Shown: positions 11,855 to 20,368 of the stretch, piece by piece
Layout: each line of letters starts with the position of its first letter
How positions within the stretch are numbered: the stretch's first letter is position 1
Assembly: GCA_963665325.3 (NCBI GenBank)
Contig: CAXXWS020000003.1
Location: forward strand, 1 to 64,000
Length of the DNA stretch: 64,000 bases
Direction: 5' to 3'
Source: Alphaproteobacteria bacterium
Lineage (GTDB): Bacteria > Pseudomonadota > Alphaproteobacteria > Bin95
Notes under the pieces: model-generated
What the model was told of the DNA's origin: nothing
The model's database searches: none
The model's input: only the letters and a program-made list of their open reading frames with translations
Program-made: the position numbers and the translations under genes

Positions 11855-13055
11855 CCGGCAGCCCGGCGTCCGGAAGCACTCCCATCACAACCGACCCAAA
11901 GGCTATAGCCTCAGCGATGATCGCCCCGACCCGCTCTGCGGCAGCTTCGACTTCGCGGTCACCGACATGGGCGTATCGCAGCGTCATGGTCGGCTGCGCA
12001 TGTCCAAGCATCCGGGCAACGGTCGGCAGCGGGACGCCCCGGGCCACTGCCTGGCTCGCTACCGTATGGCGCAAATCGTGCAGGCGCACATCCTGGATCC
12101 CCGCCTCCCGCCTTGCCCGGCGCCAGAAAGGGAGATTGTGGCAGAACGGCCTTGCCGGGCCCCGTGGCGAGGGAAACACGAAAGTGCTTCCCGTTCGCGG
12201 CTGGCGGGCGATGACGACCTGCGCCGCCTCGCTCAGCCATACCGCGCGCGGCCCCGTCTTGGCCGTGGCCAATCTGAGCATGTCGCCATCGACCTCCGAC
12301 CATCGAAGCGTCAGGATTTCGCTCTTCCGGCAGCCGGTCAGCAGAAGCAGGCGAATGATGTCGGCCTGCGGCCGGCGCGAGGGCCGTTCCTCCACAAGGC
12401 GGTCCAGGGTCCGGTGAAGCCGGCCGATCTCTTCTGCGGACAGGAACCGGGTCATCTTCCGGCGCGGGTTCGACCTGACGCCCGCGACCGGGTCGGTGCC
12501 GACATGGCCGGCGGCTTTCGCGGCGCTCATGATCTGGCGCAGCAGGGAGAGCGCCATGTTGGCCGCGCCCGGCGTCTTGCGGCTCACGGCGTCGAACCAG
12601 CGCTCGACCCGGGGCCTGCCGATACGGTCGAGGCGAAGCGTGCCGAAGGCCGGCAGAAGCCGACGCTGGACCATTTGTTCCACGCGCTCGCCCCAGCCGG
12701 CGCTGCAATGGCTCCGCCGCGCCGGCAGCCAGTCCTCCATTACGAAATCCCGGAAGAGGGGAACGGCAATCCGGTCGGCAGGGTCTCCGGCGCAAAGTGG
12801 ATGCGAGCCGTCCAGCAAGGCCCGGCATTCGATCCGGGCTTCCTCCACCGTCATCAGCGCGGCCGAACCGACGGTCGTCCGCATCGCCCTGCCGTTCACG
12901 GTCCCGTGCCACACGAAACTGCGATGCCCGGAAGGGCGAATCCGGACGCCAAGCCCGGCAACGCGGTTGTCCCTGACGATGTATTCGGTGCTGCCGGGAC
13001 GCAATCTCGCGACGCCTGCATCCGTCAGGCGTATCTTCCTTGCCTTGCCCGTCAT
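11748..13055 (-). CDS. Tyrosine integrase with N-terminal arm-binding (DUF4102-like) domain, pair 1 member B
   Basis: RD..VAGLGVRIRPSGHRSF; LLTGCRKSE, AKTG, HDLRH, LGH, LRYAH all intact; ATGA overlap with the upstream integrase. Confidence 0.93.
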   Translation of the reverse strand: MTGKARKIRLTDAGVARLRPGSTEYIVRDNRVAGLGVRIRPSGHRSFVWHGTVNGRAMRTTVGSAALMTVEEARIECRALLDGSHPLCAGDPADRIAVPLFRDFVMEDWLPARRSHCSAGWGERVEQMVQRRLLPAFGTLRLDRIGRPRVERWFDAVSRKTPGAANMALSLLRQIMSAAKAAGHVGTDPVAGVRSNPRRKMTRFLSAEEIGRLHRTLDRLVEERPSRRPQADIIRLLLLTGCRKSEILTLRWSEVDGDMLRLATAKTGPRAVWLSEAAQVVIARQPRTGSTFVFPSPRGPARPFCHNLPFWRRARREAGIQDVRLHDLRHTVASQAVARGVPLPTVARMLGHAQPTMTLRYAHVGDREVEAAAERVGAIIAEAIAFGSVVMGVLPDAGLPVAWNVSSSPAMDSSPGGAAHRRPAPTAVPACRPFP

Positions 13056-14179
13056 GACTGCGTCCCCGAGAGCAGCGGCGCCAGGGCCTCGACCGTCTCC
13101 CGGACCGTCGCGTCGGAAAGATGCGCGTATTTCAGCGTGGTCGCCGCATGGTCATGGCCCAGCAGCCGCCCCACCGTGCGGATCGTCTCGCCGCTCGACA
13201 GCGCCATGCTGGCGTAGCTGTGCCGCGTGTCATGAAGGCGCACGTCTTCAAGGCCCGCCTCGGCGCGCAGCTGCATCCAGAAGGCATCCAGCCAGCTCCA
13301 GGGCGCGCGACGGCCTTCGATGGGGAATACCCATCGCTGCGACCGCGGCAGCCCGTCGAGAACGTCCCGGGCCGCCTGGCAGAGCCAGACCGTGCGCGGC
13401 CCGGTCTTGCTGTCGCGAAGGAACAGGTGACCGTCGCGGTAGAAGCGCCATTCCAGCGTGACGATCTCCGACTTCCGGCAGCCGGTCAGCAGAAGCAGGC
13501 GCAGGGCCGCGACATGGAATGGGTATTCTCGCTCATGCCGGTCCAGAACCATGCCGAGGCGGCGGTATTCCTCCGGCGACAGGAAGCGCTCGGACCGCTT
13601 CTGCCGGAAGCGCTTTATGCCCTTGCAGGGGTTGCCGCCATCGGGACGATACCCCCAGGCTTCGGCCTGCTGCATGATGACCGACAGGACCGGCGCCGAA
13701 CGGTTCGCCGCCGCCGGGGTCGCATGGAGCGAGCGGAACCAGCGCTGCACCTCCTCCCGGTCGATCTCCGCGACAGGCCGGCCCGCGAAGAAGGGCAGGA
13801 TCTGGTTGTGGAGATAACCGCGGTTGACCTCAAGCGTGCGCGGCTTCCAGCGCCTGCCATAGCGGGAAAAGACTTCCTCGGCGACGGTCTCGAACAGCAC
13901 ATCGCCGGAAGCGACCGCTTCGATATCCTTGTCGTCGCGCAGCGCGGCCAGCATGGACCGGGAGCGGGCGCGCGCCTCGGCTTCGGTCATGACCGCCGCG
14001 TCGCCGACGATCTTCCAGACCCGATGGCCCCGGTGCTGGCTGTGGATGAAATACCGCTTTGCGCCCGAGGGCATGATCCGGACGCCGTATCCCTTCAGTT
14101 CCGCGTCCCGGACATTACGGACGGCCTTGCGGGGCCGGAGGGTATCGACCCGGCGCTGGGTGAGGCGAATGGCTGCCAT
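13052..14179 (-). CDS. Tyrosine integrase with arm-binding domain, pair 1 member A
   Basis: RDAELKGYGVRIMPSGAKRY; LLTGCRKSE, DSKTG, HDTRH, LLGH, LKYAH. Confidence 0.93.
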   Translation of the reverse strand: MAAIRLTQRRVDTLRPRKAVRNVRDAELKGYGVRIMPSGAKRYFIHSQHRGHRVWKIVGDAAVMTEAEARARSRSMLAALRDDKDIEAVASGDVLFETVAEEVFSRYGRRWKPRTLEVNRGYLHNQILPFFAGRPVAEIDREEVQRWFRSLHATPAAANRSAPVLSVIMQQAEAWGYRPDGGNPCKGIKRFRQKRSERFLSPEEYRRLGMVLDRHEREYPFHVAALRLLLLTGCRKSEIVTLEWRFYRDGHLFLRDSKTGPRTVWLCQAARDVLDGLPRSQRWVFPIEGRRAPWSWLDAFWMQLRAEAGLEDVRLHDTRHSYASMALSSGETIRTVGRLLGHDHAATTLKYAHLSDATVRETVEALAPLLSGTQS

Positions 14180-14575
14180 GACTGCGGCTCCCCGATCGGT
14201 TGCACGTGTGTGCAAAACCGGGTTCGATCTCGCGCCCGGTTGCACCGGAAACGGGAAAATTCCATAATCATGTCAGATAGTTAGCACCGAAGGTGCGGTA
14301 TCGCTTGTGCGCGTGCGCCCGCGTTTCGCGGCGGCGCGCGTAATGCGCGCCCAATTGCGCGCGAGCAGGCGCAGAGCGCACCTCGCCCGTTGGTTCGTTG
14401 GGGACTTTTCGCGCCGGCGCGAAGCGGGAGGCGAAGCGGCTTCCGGATGCCGTTTGCCTCCGTCTCATTCTCGCATAGATTCCCAGAGGTCAAGCCGCAT
14501 TCGGGAATTAATTCCAGATTAGCGCATCGACCGTTGCGACTGCCGGCACCGCTGACCGCGGGCACCGTCAACCCA

Positions 14576-15289
14576 CTACTGCTGCCGAAGATAGAGCGCG
14601 TCGCTGATTCGCTGAAGGATCGCTTCGTCAATCTGGACACCGTTGAAGGCGAAGCCCTGATAGTTGAAACCTTCAACCGTCTCAATTTGTCCCGTTTCGG
14701 GAGAAATTTCAAACTTCGGAGGGTTTGCATCGTAGAGCCGATGAAGATCCGCCCGCAGCAGAATGCCGTTCGTCGGGATTTCGGGGCCATCCTTCCACAC
14801 TGGTATAATATGTGCCGCTTCTAAGGCTTCCTCACATCTTTCCCCAGACAATGCGCACTTTCCATCTTTTCTCAACAATAACTTTCTGAATGCGGTTTGC
14901 CATCGTTTCGCCTTTGTTGTTCTAGCTCTTTGGCGTTTCTCTTTCTTCCAGCCCGGACCACACATTTCTTTACTACCTTCAGGTATCCAAATGGTTTTGC
15001 CCGCATTTGCACCTTCCTCCAAGAAGAGAATATGTGTGCCCCAAATAATACCTTTGCCGGCTAAGTGCGTATTCTTATCCTTATTGTTATAAGTTATGGA
15101 TATTTTTGTTTTTGTATCCTGCTTCTGGATTTCAACATCTACATAATAAGTTACCAGCTCCGAATTACTCCAAAATTGATGTGTTTCACTAAATTTTCTT
15201 GGGTTTTCTATGTCCAACTCAATTACTTCTCTACCACCCCAGCAATATTTTTTTTCCCACTCTGTATTATCAATGACGATGTAGGGCAT
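14576..15289 (-). CDS. HNH endonuclease (HNH_2-type C-domain) with an unrecognised N-terminal domain; AT-rich
   Basis: FRKLLL…CALSG…LEAAHIIP…NGILLRADLHRLYD. Confidence 0.88.
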   Translation of the reverse strand: MPYIVIDNTEWEKKYCWGGREVIELDIENPRKFSETHQFWSNSELVTYYVDVEIQKQDTKTKISITYNNKDKNTHLAGKGIIWGTHILFLEEGANAGKTIWIPEGSKEMCGPGWKKEKRQRARTTKAKRWQTAFRKLLLRKDGKCALSGERCEEALEAAHIIPVWKDGPEIPTNGILLRADLHRLYDANPPKFEISPETGQIETVEGFNYQGFAFNGVQIDEAILQRISDALYLRQQ

Positions 15290-15379
15290 TACTTTCTCCT
15301 GTTCGTGTCAAGTTCTTGGGAAATACATCCCATTCTCTTTAGGCGATAGGCAATAGCAGACCGAGCGCCATGCTTATAC

Positions 15380-16378
15380 TCATCCATGCCACCTCGCCAG
15401 CCCCTCGCACATCGCCACGAGCCTTCGCCGCAGGCGCGCGGGCTTCTCCACCGTGACGCTGTCGCCCCAGGTGATGAGGTGCCAGCACATTTCGTCGAGG
15501 CCACCGGCTTCGAAGCGGACCGTTGTCGTTCCATTCTTATTTCTATACACGGTCTGGTCTGGGTGGAAGAGGAAGGTTGCGGCGTCGGGCGCGGCGCGGG
15601 TGTCGAAGCGGAGTTGGACCTTGACCGGCTTCTCCTGGAAGGTGCCGAAGGAGCGCCGAGCGAAGGCTTGCAGGTCGAAATCCGGGTCGCGCTGGAAGTC
15701 GTCCAGCCCCGGCCTCGCCCCGCTCACATTCGCGAGGCGCCAGAGGCGCGGCTCGCCGCTCCAATCGGTCCGGGCCACCAGGAAGGCGCGGTTGCCGTAG
15801 AGCAGGCCGTAAGGCTCGACGGTCTGGCGACTTTGCAGCCCCGTTTGCCGCGAAAGATAGTCGAATTCGACCGTGCGGGAGGTCCGGATAGCGTCGCGCA
15901 GCAATGCAAGCAGGTCCGTATCGACCGGCTGCCTCGGGCCGGGCCGCATGGCGAGGCCCTCGGCCCGGAGCAGGGTTTCGAGGTCGGCCTCCAGTTGCTC
16001 CGGCGTCCGGGAGCGGTGGAGCGCTCGCAGCTTGTCCGCTACCGCTTCCAGTTTCGCGGCCCGTTCGGCGAGGCCCGACCGCTCAAGCGCCGCAGCGGCG
16101 GTGGAAAGCGCGCCCAATTCGTCCGCCGAAACGGAGACAAGGCCGCGCAGCCTGTCCGAACTGAGCCGCCAATGTCTCCGGCGGTCGCCGCTCTCCACCT
16201 CTTCCAGCGGACCGAACGCCTGTTCGACGGCGGCCCGCATCCGCTCGGCCGTTTTGCGGCTGACCGAGAACTCCTGCTCGATGTCGGTGAGCGTCATTCC
16301 CTCGCGCCGGCCCTGGAGGCGGACCGCCAATGCGATAATATCCGTCAGGCGTTCGTAACGTATGCCGTCGTCCGCCAT
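15380..16378 (-). CDS. HTH-WYL-WCX transcriptional regulator, DriD-like
   Basis: N-terminal EGMTLTDIEQEFSVSRKTAERMRAAVEQAF (wHTH, close to the DriD N-terminus), MRPGPR linker, VEPYGLLYGNRAFLVA (WYL), FLFHPDQ…EMCWHLITWGD (WCX). Confidence 0.92.
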   Translation of the reverse strand: MADDGIRYERLTDIIALAVRLQGRREGMTLTDIEQEFSVSRKTAERMRAAVEQAFGPLEEVESGDRRRHWRLSSDRLRGLVSVSADELGALSTAAAALERSGLAERAAKLEAVADKLRALHRSRTPEQLEADLETLLRAEGLAMRPGPRQPVDTDLLALLRDAIRTSRTVEFDYLSRQTGLQSRQTVEPYGLLYGNRAFLVARTDWSGEPRLWRLANVSGARPGLDDFQRDPDFDLQAFARRSFGTFQEKPVKVQLRFDTRAAPDAATFLFHPDQTVYRNKNGTTTVRFEAGGLDEMCWHLITWGDSVTVEKPARLRRRLVAMCEGLARWHG

Positions 16379-16444
16379 GCCGCCCCTCCCATGCCGGTTC
16401 CCCGCCGGGAGCACCATAGGCGGCGCTCCCGGCAGGGCCAAACC

Positions 16445-18508
16445 TCACGCCCGGAAGCCCACGACCTGCGGGCGCCCCGGCTTGGCGTCGCATTCCTTGC
16501 GCAGCATTTCGGCGAGCGCCCTGGGTTCGCCGAGCAGGTCCATGATTTCGGCCTTGCGGCGCACGACCGCGAAGTCGCCCGGCGCGAGCGCCGCGAGGTC
16601 GCGCAGGCAGGCGGGAGGCTCCAGCCCGAAATAGGCGCGGAACGCCGCGTCAGCCTGTTCGGGCGCCAGATAGTCCAGCGCGACCTTGAAGGTAAAGCGC
16701 CGCAGCGTCGCCGGGTCCAGATGGTCGCCGAAATTGGTCGTGCAGGCGAAGGGCAGCGGGTGGCTCTCCATCCAGGTCAGCATCTCGTTGACCTGGCTCA
16801 CCTCCCAGTTCCTTACCGCGAAGCGCCGGTCGGCAAGCAGCGAGTCGGCCTCGTCGAAGACCAGGAACGCGCCCGCATCGCGCGCCTCGGCGAAGGCGTC
16901 CACGATCTGCCGTTCCGTCCCCCCGAGCCACATGGAGAGCAGGTCGGAGGTCCGCTTCTGCAGCACTTCCAGGCCGAGCCGCTCGGCGAGGTGGCGGACA
17001 TATGCGCTTTTACCGGTCCCCGGCGGGCCCTCCAGGCAGAGCGAGAACCGCTGCCCGCCGGAGCCGGCCAGCCGGTCGGCTAGCGTGGCCGGATCGATGT
17101 CGGCGCGGATGAGCGCGGGGTCAAAGCGCTCGGGCGCGCCCTGCGGCGGCTTCTCGCAGCCCATCACGCGTGAGAGGCTGCGCACCCCGCGGCGCACCGT
17201 CTCGATATCGCCGCCGCTGAGCCGCGCGGCGGCCGTGGCGCCCGCCGCGACGCCGGGCGTGGCTTCGAACTCGCCGGCCAGCGCGCGCACCTCTTCCGGC
17301 GTCGCCCCGATGCCGTGGCGTTCGAGCTGCCGGGCCCAGACCCGCGCCCTGACCCGGCTCGTCGGCGGGCGCAGCTCGAACGCGAACATCATCCGCCGGA
17401 GAATGGCCGGGCTGACATGCCGGGCGTCGTTCATGGCCCAGAGGGTCGGCGCCGGTGCCCGCTCCAGCAGCCGGTGCATGAAGACCTTCGATGCGCCTTC
17501 CCCGGACTTCGGAGCGAACGGCCTTCCGAAGAAGGGAATCCTCGGCAAGCCGTCCGCGAGCAGGTCCTCCATCTCGTCGAAGAGAAGTAGCGAGTGCCGG
17601 TCCCGCGAGAGCAGGCGCTGGGCCAGGCGAAGCTCCTGCAGCCTCTCGCGGCGCGACGGCTCGCGGCCGTCCTCGTCCGATTCCCCCACGCTGAAGAGCG
17701 TGACGCCCAGGCGCTCGGCCACGGCCTTGCAGAACTCGGTCTTGCCGGTGCCGGGCGGCCCGTAAAGCAGGATGTTAACGCCCGGCGCCCCCTTGTCGAG
17801 AGCGCCTTTCAGCAGCGTCTCGGCATGGTCCCGGTCGCCGGCCACATGGTCGAAGTCCGACCAGTCGAGCTCGCTCCGGGGGGCGGCGTCGAACAGCAGG
17901 CGGTTGACGTCCGATTCGGCGTCGGCCGGAGCGTATGCGAGCCGGTTGAGCCGGTCGATAACCTTCAGGTCGCCGTCATTGTCGATGGTAACGAGTCCAG
18001 CCCTGACGAGCGGCGCATCGTTGCGGAGGCGCCGGCCGATCGCGCCGGCCGAAAGGCCCAGCATCAGGGACAGCGCACGTCCCTTGATGTTCAAATCGTG
18101 CCACTGGGAGGGATCGACGAAGACATCGTCGATCATCGATTCGAAAACCTGGTGCGTCTGGTAGCGCAGCAGGAGTTCCAGAATGGCGGTGTCCGTTCGC
18201 GAGAGGCCAGTGGTTTCCGCCAGGCGCAGGAGGCGCTGTCCAGTCCGGTCGCGCCTCCGCGGTCCGGCGGAGCGCTCGTCCTGCAACGCCTGCCGGAGAC
18301 TGCGAAACTGCTCTTTCGAGACTTTGTCGTAGTCGGGGGCCCAGCGGCGCGCACGCCGCCTGCGCCTTGGGCCCACGAGCGCAACGCGGTGTTCCTTGTC
18401 CGCCACCCATTCGGCAAGCGCCGCCGCCTCGCGGTCCCGGCGGCGAAGGCCGGTGGCGGCGTTGGCGAGGTAGCAGGCAAGCAGATGTCGTTCGTAAGCC
18501 GTCAGCAT
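16445..18508 (-). CDS. Tandem (double) AAA+ ATPase, 687 aa
   Basis: Two AAA modules: GPPGTGKT/LLFDEME/…RRM and GPPGTGKS/LVFDEADS/TTN/LRRF; helical N-terminal region. Confidence 0.92.
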   Translation of the reverse strand: MLTAYERHLLACYLANAATGLRRRDREAAALAEWVADKEHRVALVGPRRRRRARRWAPDYDKVSKEQFRSLRQALQDERSAGPRRRDRTGQRLLRLAETTGLSRTDTAILELLLRYQTHQVFESMIDDVFVDPSQWHDLNIKGRALSLMLGLSAGAIGRRLRNDAPLVRAGLVTIDNDGDLKVIDRLNRLAYAPADAESDVNRLLFDAAPRSELDWSDFDHVAGDRDHAETLLKGALDKGAPGVNILLYGPPGTGKTEFCKAVAERLGVTLFSVGESDEDGREPSRRERLQELRLAQRLLSRDRHSLLLFDEMEDLLADGLPRIPFFGRPFAPKSGEGASKVFMHRLLERAPAPTLWAMNDARHVSPAILRRMMFAFELRPPTSRVRARVWARQLERHGIGATPEEVRALAGEFEATPGVAAGATAAARLSGGDIETVRRGVRSLSRVMGCEKPPQGAPERFDPALIRADIDPATLADRLAGSGGQRFSLCLEGPPGTGKSAYVRHLAERLGLEVLQKRTSDLLSMWLGGTERQIVDAFAEARDAGAFLVFDEADSLLADRRFAVRNWEVSQVNEMLTWMESHPLPFACTTNFGDHLDPATLRRFTFKVALDYLAPEQADAAFRAYFGLEPPACLRDLAALAPGDFAVVRRKAEIMDLLGEPRALAEMLRKECDAKPGRPQVVGFRA

Positions 18509-18551
18509 GGCTCTCTCCGGATTGCGGTATCGGAGGTAGCCTAAGGGCCGG

Positions 18552-18572
18552 GTGCGTCAGATTTGGTCGTAT
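18552..18572. promoter_or_regulatory. Putative WYL (DriD-type) operator upstream of the AAA gene
   Basis: GTGCGTC-N7-GTCGTAT imperfect palindrome, just upstream of a minus-strand TAGGCT -10-like hexamer. Confidence 0.65.
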
Positions 18573-18662
18573 CCGGGAAGCGCGTCCCGAATTTTTTCTT
18601 GGCCGCGTCGGCGGTTCGGACGGCGGCAGGCCGACTTCCGGCTTCCGGGCAACCCCGTATCG

Positions 18663-19205
18663 TCAGGGCGCGAGCGGGTTGGGCCAGGCATCGGAACGGG
18701 AGGCGTCGTCACCGTCGCGCAGCTGCCGGCGTAGCTCCATCCAGAGCCGGCCGAGCCTGTTCGTGCCGACCAGGCAGTCGCCGCAGGGCCGCGCGCCCCA
18801 GAAGGTGTCCCGTGTCGAGAATTCGACAATGGGCCGGTTGCCGGTTCTGGCGAGTTCGGCGTCGACGAGCGACCGGTTGGCTTCGCGCTTCACGCGCAGC
18901 ACCCATCGCATGGCGTCGACGCGGCGCGCTGTCCAGTCCGGGTCGATCGGATGGCCCCGGTCGCGGCCGAGGCAGGCGGCCTCGCGCGCCGAAGGAGCAT
19001 TCGCGATAAGTCGCTGGACTGCGGAATTCCGGCTGAATTTGGCGGCCTGGTAGAGGTGCTCAGAGGTTGGCCAGACGCAGCCGGCGGCGGCAATCGGGCT
19101 CGGCAACGGACAGAAATTGCTGAAGATGCCCCACTCGGCTCGAGAGAAACGGAAGCTGCAGGCCGTGTTGGCGCGGTAGGTCCGCATCCGGTCCGCCGGG
19201 TTCAT
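18663..19205 (-). CDS. NADAR family (YbiA/DUF1768) protein
   Basis: FSNF, WPTSEHLYQAAKF, A..LGR, W…RVDAM..VLRVK, IVEFS.RDTFWG, GTNRLGRLWMELR. Confidence 0.92.
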   Translation of the reverse strand: MNPADRMRTYRANTACSFRFSRAEWGIFSNFCPLPSPIAAAGCVWPTSEHLYQAAKFSRNSAVQRLIANAPSAREAACLGRDRGHPIDPDWTARRVDAMRWVLRVKREANRSLVDAELARTGNRPIVEFSTRDTFWGARPCGDCLVGTNRLGRLWMELRRQLRDGDDASRSDAWPNPLAP

Positions 19206-19251
19206 GGTGCCTCTCTCCGGATGGCGATGCTGGAGAGAGGCTAGGGCCCGG

Positions 19252-19272
19252 ATGCGTCATACCCGGTCGTGT
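19252..19272. promoter_or_regulatory. Putative WYL (DriD-type) operator upstream of the NADAR gene
   Basis: ATGCGTC-N7-GTCGTGT at the same position relative to a TAGCCT -10-like hexamer as the box at 18552. Confidence 0.65.
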
Positions 19273-19318
19273 CTGCGCAATATGTTTCGGGCTGCGTGCG
19301 GTGCGTTTCGCAGCCGCC

Positions 19319-20368
19319 CTACCGGTATCTCGCTTCCTGGTCGCTCTCCTCGGCCGGGCGGGCTATGGCATCGATGATCTGCTTCAGGCTTATGCTGCCG
19401 ACCGTCTTGCCGTCGCCGTCCACGACATTGGCCCGGTCGGCCTCAGCGGCGCCCACGACCTGCAAGGCTTCGTCCAGGACGAGATCGTGCGCCACGCTCG
19501 GGCCCTCGACCCCTTCGCCGGGCGTCATGACCGACCTCGCCTCGATGACCCGGCCCCGGTTGATGTCCTTCACGAAGTCGAAAATGTAGTCGTCGGCCGG
19601 ATGCAGGATGATGTCCTGCGGATTGCCCTGCTGGATCAGGGCGCCGTCGCGCAGGATCGCGATGCTGTCTCCCAGGCGAAGCGCCTCGTCGAGATCGTGG
19701 GTGATGAACACGATGGTCTTGTGCAGCTCCTCCTGCAGTCCGAGCAGAACCTGCTGCATGTCGGTGCGGATCAATGGATCGAGCGCCGAGAACGGTTCGT
19801 CCATCAACAGGATTTCCGCGTCGGTGGCCAGCGCCCGCGCCAGGCCGACCCGCTGCTGCATGCCTCCGGAAAGCTGCGATGGGTAGTGGTCCTCGAATCC
19901 GGACAGGCCGACGCGGTCCAACCATTTCCGGCTTTGCTCTTTGGCCTGCCGGATGGGCATTCCCTGGACCGCCAGGCCGTAGGCGGCGTTCTCGGCCACC
20001 GTCTTGTGCACATGCAGTCCGAACTTCTGGAACACCATCGAAATGGTGTGGCGCCGGACTTCGATCAACTCCTCCCTGGTCATGGCGAGCACATCGCGCC
20101 CGTTGACCACGATCCGGCCCGACGTCGGCTCGATCAGCCGGTTGATGTGTCGGATCAGGGTGGACTTGCCGGAGCCCGACAAGCCCATGATGACCGAGAT
20201 TTCCCTGGCGGAAACGTCGATGTTGATGTCCTTCAGCCCGAGCACGTGATTGTGCTCTTCGAGCAGCTCCTGCTTGGACATGCCCTGCTGGACCGCAGCG
20301 AGCACGGATTGCGGGCGGGGACCGAAGATCTTGTACAGGTTTTCGATGCCGATCTTGATCTCAGCCAT
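19319..20368 (-). CDS. proV: Glycine betaine/proline (ProU-type) ABC transporter ATPase
   Basis: MGLSGSGKSTL, LSGGMQQRVGLARAL, LLMDEPFSALDPLIR, FITHDLDEA. Confidence 0.93.
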   Translation of the reverse strand: MAEIKIGIENLYKIFGPRPQSVLAAVQQGMSKQELLEEHNHVLGLKDINIDVSAREISVIMGLSGSGKSTLIRHINRLIEPTSGRIVVNGRDVLAMTREELIEVRRHTISMVFQKFGLHVHKTVAENAAYGLAVQGMPIRQAKEQSRKWLDRVGLSGFEDHYPSQLSGGMQQRVGLARALATDAEILLMDEPFSALDPLIRTDMQQVLLGLQEELHKTIVFITHDLDEALRLGDSIAILRDGALIQQGNPQDIILHPADDYIFDFVKDINRGRVIEARSVMTPGEGVEGPSVAHDLVLDEALQVVGAAEADRANVVDGDGKTVGSISLKQIIDAIARPAEESDQEARYR

